From: an uncultured Desulfarculus sp.
GTDB taxonomy: Bacteria; Desulfobacterota; Desulfarculia; Desulfarculales; Desulfarculaceae
Assembly: GCA_963665125.2 (NCBI GenBank)
Contig: CAXXUK010000001.1
Location: forward strand, 384,001-448,000
Direction of reading: 5' to 3'
DNA: 64,000 nt
The notes beneath the pieces are model-generated. The model made no database searches. It had not been told where the DNA came from and saw nothing but the letters and a program-made list of their open reading frames with translations. Position 1 is the stretch's first letter; every line of letters begins with the position of its first letter. This document shows, one piece after another, positions 27,535-35,721 of the stretch. The translations under genes were made by a program, and so were the position numbers.

Positions 27535-27709
27535 AGGCTGCCGATAAAATTAGCAATTATTACATGCTCTTAACTGGGTGCTTGGGCGGGGATGGCATTC
27601 GATTCGCGAAATATGAACAAGCCTGTCGGAATTTAAAAAATCGAAAGCGGCTTCAAAGCTATGATTTGCTTTCTTTGCCGCTCGATAGGTTCCAAGAAAA
27701 GAGCGCGGG

Positions 27710-30700
27710 TTATATTTTATCGGTTTTTTTGATGCCCAGTTTTTTCATGCGCGAGTAGAGCGTGCTGTGGTTCAAGCCTAGCAACTCCGCGGCGCCGCCG
27801 GGGCCGTAGACCTTCCAACCGGTTTTTTGCAGGGTGTCAAGGATATAGCGGCGTTCCATTTCCTCCAGGGTCAGTTGCCCTGTGGCGGGTGCTTCCGGCG
27901 AGTGGATTCCCAACTCCGGCACCACGAAGAGGCTGCCCGAATTGAGGATGACTCCCCGCTCGATGACGTTTTCCAGTTCGCGGACGTTTCCCGGCCAGTG
28001 ATAGGCCAACAACTTTTGCATTTCCATTTCCGGGATGCCTTTGAAGGCCTTGCCCATTCTCTCGGAATGAATGCGCAAAAAGTGGTTGGCCAGCGGCGCG
28101 ATGTCCTGAATCCTGTCCCTAAGCGGGGGGACAAAGATGGGAAAGACGCTGAGCCGGTAGTACAGGTCGGAGCGAAAACGTCCGGCGGCCACTTCCTCTT
28201 CCAGGTTGCGGTTGGTGGCCACGACCAGCCGGAAATCCGATCTTATGGTCTCCCTGCCGCCAACACGCTCGAATTCCCTGGTCTGCAACACCCGCAGCAG
28301 CCGCACCTGGATGTCCATGGATATCTCGCCGATCTCATCCAAAAACAGTGTTCCGCCGTCGGCCAGTTCAAAGCGGCCGACCCGCCTTTCGATGGCTCCG
28401 GTGAACGCGCCCTTTTCATGGCCAAACAGCTCGCTGGTGATGAGGCTTTCCGGCAGGGAACTGCAGTGGACCCTGATAAAGGAGTTGTCTTTCCTTTGGC
28501 TTTGCTGGTGCAGGGCTCGGGCGACCATCTCCTTGCCCACGCCGGTTTCGCCCAGAATCATCACCGTTGAATCGGTTGTGGCAACCCGTTCAACCAAGGT
28601 CAGCACCCGCTTGATGGGCGGGCTGGCGGCCACGAAGTCATCAAAGTGCAGTTGCTCCAGCTGCTGTTCCTCGAGGTATTGCTTTTCCTCGTGCAGCCGC
28701 TGGTTCAGACGCTGGATCTCCTCATAGGCCCAGGCGTTGTCCAGGGCGATGGCAGCCAATGATGCGAAGTAGGGCAGCACGTCCAGGTCGCCCTTGTGGA
28801 AGGTGCTGCGTAACAGGCGGTTGTCGTGATACAGCACGCCGATGGTCCGCCCCCGGTAGGACATGGGCACGCAGATCCGCGATTTGATGGAACCGCGCTG
28901 CTGGTATTCGTCCAGATCATCCGGGTTTTGGTTGTGCAAAAAGCCCTTCCCGGCGTCGGCGGCCTGGCGGATCATGTGTAGTGAATGGGCGAAGTCCGGT
29001 TGCTCGACATCCTCTATGAGCAGGTTCTTGGCCGCCCACAGCTCAAACCCCTTTTTGCCGTCCTTGTCCCTGCTGCGGAAGATGCCGGCCCGTTCCGCGC
29101 CGGTGATTTTATTTACCGTGGAAAGGATATGGTTGACGATTTCCTTGGTGTCGCGCTTGGCCACCAGCTCGCGGCCCAGGGAGAGGATCTCCTTGGTGAT
29201 TTCATCGTTGACGGCAAGGCCTTCGGTCAGGTGACGCAGGTCTCCGGGCACCTTTTGGCGGCCGAATTGGTGCAGCACGGCCGAGGCCTCCTTGACCAGG
29301 GTCCTGGCCTGGTTTTCCCGGCCCTGGGCCAGCATCTGCCTGGCGATTTCCACCTGGATCCAGGCGACGGGCTGGATGTTGCCGCATTCGCGGGTCAGCT
29401 CCAGGGCCTTGTGCAGATTGCCCAGGATGGTTTCGGAATCTAGACCCTGGCTTTTCTGATACAGGGCCAGAAAATAGTAGGCTTGGCCTTTGTGGTTGAA
29501 GTTTTCACCCTTCAGGGCCTTTTCTATTTCATCCTTTAGGGAAATGCCTTTTATTGCCGGGTAGTTGCCCTTTTCCATGGCCAGACAGAACTCCAGCAAC
29601 AAGCCCCCAAGGTAATACTGGTGTTTTTCGACGATATCCAGGGCCCGCTTGAGATAATGATGCGAGGTCTGGTTGTCGCCGAGCTTGTAGTAGCAGAAAC
29701 CCAGATAGCCGAAACCGTAGCACTGAACGAATTGTTTGACGCCCTTGGATAGGCGCAGGGCCTCCTTCAAGTGTTTGATTGAAGTTTCATAGTCGGCGGT
29801 CATTGTCAGGATCAGGCCGATGTGCATCAGCGCCGTGGCGGCCGTGTCATAGTCGCCCATTTTCAGGGCGTGGTCGTGCAGGCCGTCGAGCATGCCCAGG
29901 CCTTGGGAGACCTGGCCGGTGAGGGCGTAGGACACGCCCATCATGTGGATCATCTTCATGGAAAGCTTGTGCTTGGGGTGCTTCTTGGTGAACAGGGGCT
30001 CGCCTGCCTCATAGGTTTCGATGGCCTTTTTGTGCTGGCCGGTCTCCACCAGATACACCACCTTGCTGGTGAAAAGCGTGCGCTCCACCTTCGGGTCGTT
30101 GAGACCCTTGGCCTTTTCCAGGCCGGCGGCGCGGTATTCCAGGGCCACGTCGATGTTGCCGATGATGTATTCATTGGAAGCCAGGTGGAAAAGCACCAGG
30201 GTGGTCAGGGCCTGGTTGCCCCCGCGCCGTTCCAGGCGCCGCAAGGCCTGTTGCAGGTAAGAAATGATCTTGTTTGAATGGCCCACCGCGGCGCTGTCCT
30301 TGGAAAAGGCTATGGCCACCTCGGCGAACAGATTGTCGACCTTGCGGCCGGTGAGGGCCTTGAGATCATTGATTACCTTGTCGTAATAGGCCATCGACTG
30401 GGTCGACTGACCCTCCCTGCGTAGGACATCCCCGGCTTTTTTAAGTATTTCGCACCCTTCGTAGTCGTTTTCCACGTGCATCAGGTGCTTGGCCCCGGCC
30501 ATGAAGGCCTGGTCGCCTTCCACCACTTCGGAGGCCAACAATTTGGCGATGTTTTTGTGCAATGTTTGGCGCTGCTCAATGGGGATGAAGTCGCGGATGT
30601 TGTTTTTGGCGGCTTCATCGGAAAAGCAATAAAAGCCGGTTTCACCTTTTTGAAATATGCCCTTCTGGGCGTATTGGTCACACAACACCAACACTTCCGT

Positions 30701-30823
30701 TGCCTTGGCTCCGGAAAGGGCCTGAATCCAGTCGATGGAGAAAAAGCCGTCAAACAAGGAGGCCATGGAAATTATCTGGGGAGGCGGTCCTTTCAGTGGC
30801 GCGTTAATCTCGGCTGATTGCAT
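27710..30823 (-). CDS. sigma54-dependent activator with TPR-like N-terminus, GAF, AAA+ and Fis HTH
   Basis: GETGVGKE, ELFGHEKGAFTGA, LFLDEIGE, FRSDLYYRL, WPGNVREL, C-terminal HTH; about 520-aa helical-repeat N-terminus, then GAF. Confidence 0.92.
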   Translation of the reverse strand: MQSAEINAPLKGPPPQIISMASLFDGFFSIDWIQALSGAKATEVLVLCDQYAQKGIFQKGETGFYCFSDEAAKNNIRDFIPIEQRQTLHKNIAKLLASEVVEGDQAFMAGAKHLMHVENDYEGCEILKKAGDVLRREGQSTQSMAYYDKVINDLKALTGRKVDNLFAEVAIAFSKDSAAVGHSNKIISYLQQALRRLERRGGNQALTTLVLFHLASNEYIIGNIDVALEYRAAGLEKAKGLNDPKVERTLFTSKVVYLVETGQHKKAIETYEAGEPLFTKKHPKHKLSMKMIHMMGVSYALTGQVSQGLGMLDGLHDHALKMGDYDTAATALMHIGLILTMTADYETSIKHLKEALRLSKGVKQFVQCYGFGYLGFCYYKLGDNQTSHHYLKRALDIVEKHQYYLGGLLLEFCLAMEKGNYPAIKGISLKDEIEKALKGENFNHKGQAYYFLALYQKSQGLDSETILGNLHKALELTRECGNIQPVAWIQVEIARQMLAQGRENQARTLVKEASAVLHQFGRQKVPGDLRHLTEGLAVNDEITKEILSLGRELVAKRDTKEIVNHILSTVNKITGAERAGIFRSRDKDGKKGFELWAAKNLLIEDVEQPDFAHSLHMIRQAADAGKGFLHNQNPDDLDEYQQRGSIKSRICVPMSYRGRTIGVLYHDNRLLRSTFHKGDLDVLPYFASLAAIALDNAWAYEEIQRLNQRLHEEKQYLEEQQLEQLHFDDFVAASPPIKRVLTLVERVATTDSTVMILGETGVGKEMVARALHQQSQRKDNSFIRVHCSSLPESLITSELFGHEKGAFTGAIERRVGRFELADGGTLFLDEIGEISMDIQVRLLRVLQTREFERVGGRETIRSDFRLVVATNRNLEEEVAAGRFRSDLYYRLSVFPIFVPPLRDRIQDIAPLANHFLRIHSERMGKAFKGIPEMEMQKLLAYHWPGNVRELENVIERGVILNSGSLFVVPELGIHSPEAPATGQLTLEEMERRYILDTLQKTGWKVYGPGGAAELLGLNHSTLYSRMKKLGIKKTDKI

Positions 30824-31117
30824 CGTGGCTCCGTGTTTTGGGGTTGCTGCCTGATATTGCCATAATCTTTATAAGAAAAATGTCGGTAAATCAATGCCAC
30901 GATTTGCGAAATAACGACAATTATGGGTTTCCGTGGCCATCGGTGCTAGCCGTGGCCCCAAACCGGGAGGGTGCGGCTGATCTCTCAGGTTCCAACAGTA
31001 AGAAATCATGGTTCGCTCAGGTCGTTTAATCATATAATTGCTCGATTTTTTACAAGTCTGTTCGCCGGATCTCGTTGAGATTTAAATCAACGCTACCGAA
31101 AGCTGTTAAGGGAGATT

Positions 31118-32353
31118 TTGACAGTGAGAAAAAATGCTCTGCTGGTCCTATTGGTTGGTCTGTTTCTGGCGGCTTCGGCTTCTATCGCCGTTTCGGCTTC
31201 GTCTCAGGGTAAAGACACGCAACTGGCCGATTTTAAGCTGCAAATCACCCAGGACTGGAGTCAGGCTGACTGGACCAAGAACGGCAACAAGATCGGCTGG
31301 CGTCTGCGCTACCAGCCCGGCGGAATCGACGTCAGCCAGTCCACGTTGTCGATAAGCCTGGCCGCCGAGCCCAAAACCGGGGCGAGCAAGGACGATGTTT
31401 ACGCCAGGCAGGTCGAAATCCTGCGCGAAATCAAACAGAGCTTTGCCAATGGCTTTGCCGTTCAGAACATGGACATCCGCGGTGAACGCACCCTGGTGTT
31501 GCGTTATTATGACGACGGCAACACAATTTTCATTGTCCTGCCCCATACCCCAACCAAACTTTACGACATATACGTGTGGAACAAGGGCAAGGCCGAGTCC
31601 ATGCCCCAACCGGCCAAGGACCTGTTGGCCGGGATGAGCCTGTCGCCGGGCGCCGCCCCCGCGCCGGAAGAGCCCGAGGAGGCGGTCATCGTCGAAACCA
31701 CCGCAGCTCCCACCGCCCAGCCCGTTGATGAGGCCAACCCTGCCGCCACGGCGGCCCCAACCGTAGCGCCCAAACCCGAAACGCCGGCAATGCAGGGCTC
31801 GCCGGTCAAGAACGCCTGTTACATGGCTGCCGACGCCGGCTCGGGCAATGTGGTGACTCTGAAGATGGGTATGTCCCTGGCCGATGTCGAGGCCAAATAC
31901 CAGGTGGTGCCCCAAAGCTCCAGCACCTCCGAGAACGGAAAATACAGGGTATGGCAGGCCAAGATTCCCTGCCTGGCCTATTACCGCTATGCCTTCAGTT
32001 CGGTCAGGGGCGTTGAAAAGGAAAAAGATTTCGCGGCCATGACCTTTGACGTTGACGAGACCAAGCCGGACAAACCGATAACCAGGATAGTGGCAAAGAT
32101 AATATGTCAGGAAGGCCTGGACGCCTCCAAGGAGATCTTCGGCTGGTATGCCCAGACCTATGGGCCGCCAGCCAAGGAGGTCAACAAGATGGACGGCATA
32201 ACCAAGTTCGGCTCCATGGAGATGCCCAACGTTTTCTGGCGCATATGGGATATCCAGGGAACCGGCGGCGCTCCGGCCAAGATGAGCATGAAGGTTTCCC
32301 GGCGCAATGACTTTGCCTATTACACCATCGACCTGGATTCCAAGGTGCAATAA
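31118..32353 (+). CDS. exported hypothetical protein, two domains joined by a Pro/Ala/Thr linker
   Basis: Signal peptide, TTG start with GGGAG RBS, linker PGAAPAPEEPEE...TAAPTVAPKPETP. Confidence 0.75.
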   Translation: MTVRKNALLVLLVGLFLAASASIAVSASSQGKDTQLADFKLQITQDWSQADWTKNGNKIGWRLRYQPGGIDVSQSTLSISLAAEPKTGASKDDVYARQVEILREIKQSFANGFAVQNMDIRGERTLVLRYYDDGNTIFIVLPHTPTKLYDIYVWNKGKAESMPQPAKDLLAGMSLSPGAAPAPEEPEEAVIVETTAAPTAQPVDEANPAATAAPTVAPKPETPAMQGSPVKNACYMAADAGSGNVVTLKMGMSLADVEAKYQVVPQSSSTSENGKYRVWQAKIPCLAYYRYAFSSVRGVEKEKDFAAMTFDVDETKPDKPITRIVAKIICQEGLDASKEIFGWYAQTYGPPAKEVNKMDGITKFGSMEMPNVFWRIWDIQGTGGAPAKMSMKVSRRNDFAYYTIDLDSKVQ

Positions 32354-33468
32354 TGAAGTTCCTGGTCAATCCAGAGATTGTGCGCCGCCTGGCGGCCTTG
32401 CTGGGGCTTTTCGCGGCCATCATAACGTACCTGTATCATCCCGCATACATAGTCCAGGTCAAACTGGTCGATCCGCAGAAGATCAGGCAAGGCCCTGGTC
32501 AGGCTTCGCCCCGCGAGGTCTCCGGCCCCCATTGGCAGGCCGCGGTGGAAGGCCTGGTCAGCCATGATCAGGGCCATACGCCCGAGCAATGGATGAACAA
32601 TCGCAGCGACGACGTGGAAATCGGGGACAAGGAGCTTTATTTCGCGCCTGGCCGGCAGCCCTTTGACTCGGTCGTGCCCCAGCGTAGTGGCGAGGCCTAT
32701 CTGGTGTTTGGCCAGGGACCGGAAAGGCTCTGCATCGCCATGGAAAAAATGCGGCCCGGTCGGGCCTTCGACGCCCGGGATGAAATCGTCGCTCCGCTGC
32801 GCCTATGGTCGTGGGTCGCCCTGTTGTTGGGCCTGGCCGGTTACATTTTTTTGCCCAAGGCGCGCAAACCCGATGACAGCCTGGGCTACAACCGGCTCTG
32901 GGGCACGGTCATCTCCGATGTTTTGGGCCTGGTCATCTGCGGCCTTTGTTTTGCCCTGGTCATTTACCAGGCCGTGAAAGAGGAAAACGGCCTTATGTCG
33001 CTGTTCTACTTCGAACACGGCACGGCAGGGCTGGCCGTGGGCATGTTTTGTCTGAGCACGCTGGGCTTGATAATCATGGCCGTGGGCGCGTGGTACCACA
33101 ACTTCTGGGTGAGCTTTTATTCCGGCGGCATCGAACTGCATAAGCTTTTTGGTGTGACGCGCTTTGCCTACGGCGATATGGAACAGGCCAGGATCGATAT
33201 CATGCCTTTGTCCAAGTTGGCGATGTTCGCCTCGACGGCGGGCGCGGCGGCCGGCAGCGCGAGTTCGGCCGGGCATGCGGTCATGCTCTCGGGCAATGAC
33301 CATTTTGGCCTTGGCATAACCCTGAAAAACGGCCGCACCAAGTGGATCAGACTGCAAAGTTTTCAGTATCCGCGCAAGCTGGTGCGCAGCCTGAAGGACA
33401 ACGGCGTGAAGTTGGATGATGATCTGGAAAAGGTGCTGGAAGAAATAAACGCCGGCCCCGGCGCTTGA
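32353..33468 (+). CDS. hypothetical membrane protein
   Basis: TAATG overlap with the preceding gene; 4-5 hydrophobic segments. Confidence 0.72.
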   Translation: MKFLVNPEIVRRLAALLGLFAAIITYLYHPAYIVQVKLVDPQKIRQGPGQASPREVSGPHWQAAVEGLVSHDQGHTPEQWMNNRSDDVEIGDKELYFAPGRQPFDSVVPQRSGEAYLVFGQGPERLCIAMEKMRPGRAFDARDEIVAPLRLWSWVALLLGLAGYIFLPKARKPDDSLGYNRLWGTVISDVLGLVICGLCFALVIYQAVKEENGLMSLFYFEHGTAGLAVGMFCLSTLGLIIMAVGAWYHNFWVSFYSGGIELHKLFGVTRFAYGDMEQARIDIMPLSKLAMFASTAGAAAGSASSAGHAVMLSGNDHFGLGITLKNGRTKWIRLQSFQYPRKLVRSLKDNGVKLDDDLEKVLEEINAGPGA

Positions 33469-33493
33469 TTCCGGGACCGGCGTGAAGATAACG

Positions 33494-35074
33494 TCAGGCC
33501 TTTTTGCTCTGATAATCTTTTTGCAGATCCTTTTTGAGGATCTTTCCCACGGGGCTGCGCGGCAGTTCTTCCCGGAACTCCAGGCCGGAGATTTTCTGGG
33601 CCTTGCCCAGGCGCCCGTTGGCCCACTTCAGCAGTTCATCGGAAGAGACGTCCGCTCCCTTTTCGAGGACCACCGAGGCGAACGGCGTCTCGCCCCATTG
33701 CTCGCTGGGCACGCCGTACACCGACACCTCCAGCACATCGGGATGCTCCAAAAGGGCTTTTTCAAGGTCAATCGGGTAGATATTGAAGCCGCCGGAGATG
33801 ATCATGTCCTTTTTGCGGTCTGAAAGGAACAAAAAGCCGTCGTCGTCCAGGTAGCCGACGTCTCCTGAGCGCATGAATATTCTGCCGTCTTCATGATGGT
33901 AAAGTGACTTTTTGGTCTCTTCTTCCTTGTTTTCGTAGCCCTTCATCAGGCTGGGCGCGTAGCCGATGATCTCGCCCGGCGTGTTGGGCGGCAAAATGTT
34001 GCCGTCATCGTCGATGATGAGTATCTCGCAGTTTTCCGAAGGCTGGCCAACCGAGTCGAGCTTGTCCGGGTTTTCCGTGGCGTTGAGCCGGCAACTGACC
34101 CCGCCCTCGGTCATTCCGTAAAATTCGACAAACATGCCGGGAATCAGCTTCAGGATTTTGCGTTTGGTCTCGGCGTGCAGCGGGGCGCTGGTGCAGAGCA
34201 TGCCCACGATGGACGACAGGTCGTATTTGCCGGGGTTTTGCTCCAGTTCCTTGACGATGCGCTCGTATTGCACGGGAACCAGCATGGCGAAGGTGATTTT
34301 CTCCTCGCCGATGAGTTTCAAAAATTCCTGGGTGTTGAATTTTTCCATGATCACGCAGGGTACGCCAAAGCGCATCGACGGCAGCCACGCGGTCAGGGTG
34401 GTGTTGGAGTACAACGGCGTGGTTACGCCGCAGACCATGCCCGGCAGGTCGATCAGCGGGCCGATCCCGTCGAAATAGCCTTTGCGGAATCCGTGTGTGT
34501 GCAGGATGCCCTTGGGCGTGCCCGTGGTGCCCGAACTGTAGATGATGTTGAATTCGTCGTCAGCGCCGATATCGATGGGGTTGTATTCGTCGGAAGCCGC
34601 GTCGGTCCACTTGGCGTAGGAGGCCCAGGGGCCGTCCTCGAAATCAAGGCCGAAGCTGGCCCCCGGCAATAGGATGTCCAATTCCTCCACAAACGGATCA
34701 AGGTTTGAACGCATTTCCTTAGAAACAAAAAGCGCCTTGACGTTGGAGTCCTCCAGCATCAGGCGCAGGGCCTCGGGGCTAACCATGGAGGGCAGAGGCA
34801 CTGCGCAGCCGCCGGCGCATAGACAGCCCAGAAACACCTCGCATATCTCCACCGAGTTGCGCGAGAGCATGCCGACCCGGTCGCCCTTTTTGAATCCCAA
34901 GGCCGCGAGGGCGTTGGCGACCCGGTTGACGCGCTTGGCCAACTGTCCCCAGGTTATTCGCCGGTCTTTATAGACAATGGCGGTCTTGTCCAGGCGGTCC
35001 TTGATGACTTCATGGAATCCGTTGGCGATGTCTTCACCGGGTTGAAATTCAGTGGGTTGAGTCTGCTCGTCCAT
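33494..35074 (-). CDS. long-chain acyl-CoA synthetase (AMP-binding)
   Basis: YSSGTTGTPKG, YGMTE, SGDVG, DRKKDMIISGG, LPRSPVGK. Confidence 0.93.
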   Translation of the reverse strand: MDEQTQPTEFQPGEDIANGFHEVIKDRLDKTAIVYKDRRITWGQLAKRVNRVANALAALGFKKGDRVGMLSRNSVEICEVFLGCLCAGGCAVPLPSMVSPEALRLMLEDSNVKALFVSKEMRSNLDPFVEELDILLPGASFGLDFEDGPWASYAKWTDAASDEYNPIDIGADDEFNIIYSSGTTGTPKGILHTHGFRKGYFDGIGPLIDLPGMVCGVTTPLYSNTTLTAWLPSMRFGVPCVIMEKFNTQEFLKLIGEEKITFAMLVPVQYERIVKELEQNPGKYDLSSIVGMLCTSAPLHAETKRKILKLIPGMFVEFYGMTEGGVSCRLNATENPDKLDSVGQPSENCEILIIDDDGNILPPNTPGEIIGYAPSLMKGYENKEEETKKSLYHHEDGRIFMRSGDVGYLDDDGFLFLSDRKKDMIISGGFNIYPIDLEKALLEHPDVLEVSVYGVPSEQWGETPFASVVLEKGADVSSDELLKWANGRLGKAQKISGLEFREELPRSPVGKILKKDLQKDYQSKKA

Positions 35075-35183
35075 GTGCCTCTCCAGGTTTTGGCCTTACG
35101 CGTTGACAAAGGGTGAAATCGGCTTCCTCGGATAACCGGTTTGTTTAGGAGCGAACCAATGATTTTCCCAAAAAACAATGTTT

Positions 35184-35200
35184 TGCAAGGCCCGTACCAA
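35184..35200 (-). promoter_or_regulatory. sigma54 promoter of the acyl-CoA synthetase
   Basis: Minus strand TTGGTACG-GGCC-TTGCA (GG-N10-GC spacing). Confidence 0.75.
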
Positions 35201-35335
35201 TATCCCAAAATGTGAAATATTAATAAGATAAAGGTGTTAGTGGATGTGTCGGTGGGGCTGGAGATTGCGATTGGTTAAATATCAACAATGGTATCGCAAT
35301 AAAGAAAAAGCGACACAGCGTAAGGTATTATGGCT

Positions 35336-35659
35336 TTACAATCCGATGATCTTGCAGGCGGACATGCCCTGCCATTCACTGAGCGGCTTTTCCGAGGTGA
35401 TGACAAAGCCCTGGTTCCAGCTTTTTTCAACGTAGTCGATGTCAATGAGTCCGCAGGTGGCGGCGGTGTGCCCGTCAACCAGCAGGTTGATCCCATCGAC
35501 AACCAGCGTTTGGTCTTCCGTCTCGGGTTTGTCGATCAAAAGGGCCAGCACCGGATCGCAGCAACCGGCCGATTGCAGGCGCACCCGCAGGTGCATGTTT
35601 TCCGGGTCGGCTATCTGTTGCCTGATGGCCTGTATGGCTTTTTCCGTGAGTGTGATCAT
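35336..35659 (-). CDS. HesB/IscA-like protein
   Basis: MITLTEKA, LRVRL..AGCCDP.LAL.ID, VDGI.LLVD, IDY....GF.I; start moved to ATG 35659. Confidence 0.78.
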   Translation of the reverse strand: MITLTEKAIQAIRQQIADPENMHLRVRLQSAGCCDPVLALLIDKPETEDQTLVVDGINLLVDGHTAATCGLIDIDYVEKSWNQGFVITSEKPLSEWQGMSACKIIGL

Positions 35660-35721
35660 CTTGTCTTCGGACCTTGGTGGGCCCCCGGCCCGTACGGGCC
35701 GGGGGCGGTTATTACTTAATA

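Noticed and set aside
31640..31790. Repetitive-looking stretch in the exported protein gene
   Set aside because: It is a low-complexity Pro/Ala/Thr linker, not a DNA tandem repeat or CRISPR
35336..35659. Possible selenoprotein (HesB-like)
   Set aside because: Codons at the motif are TGC TGC; there is no in-frame TGA
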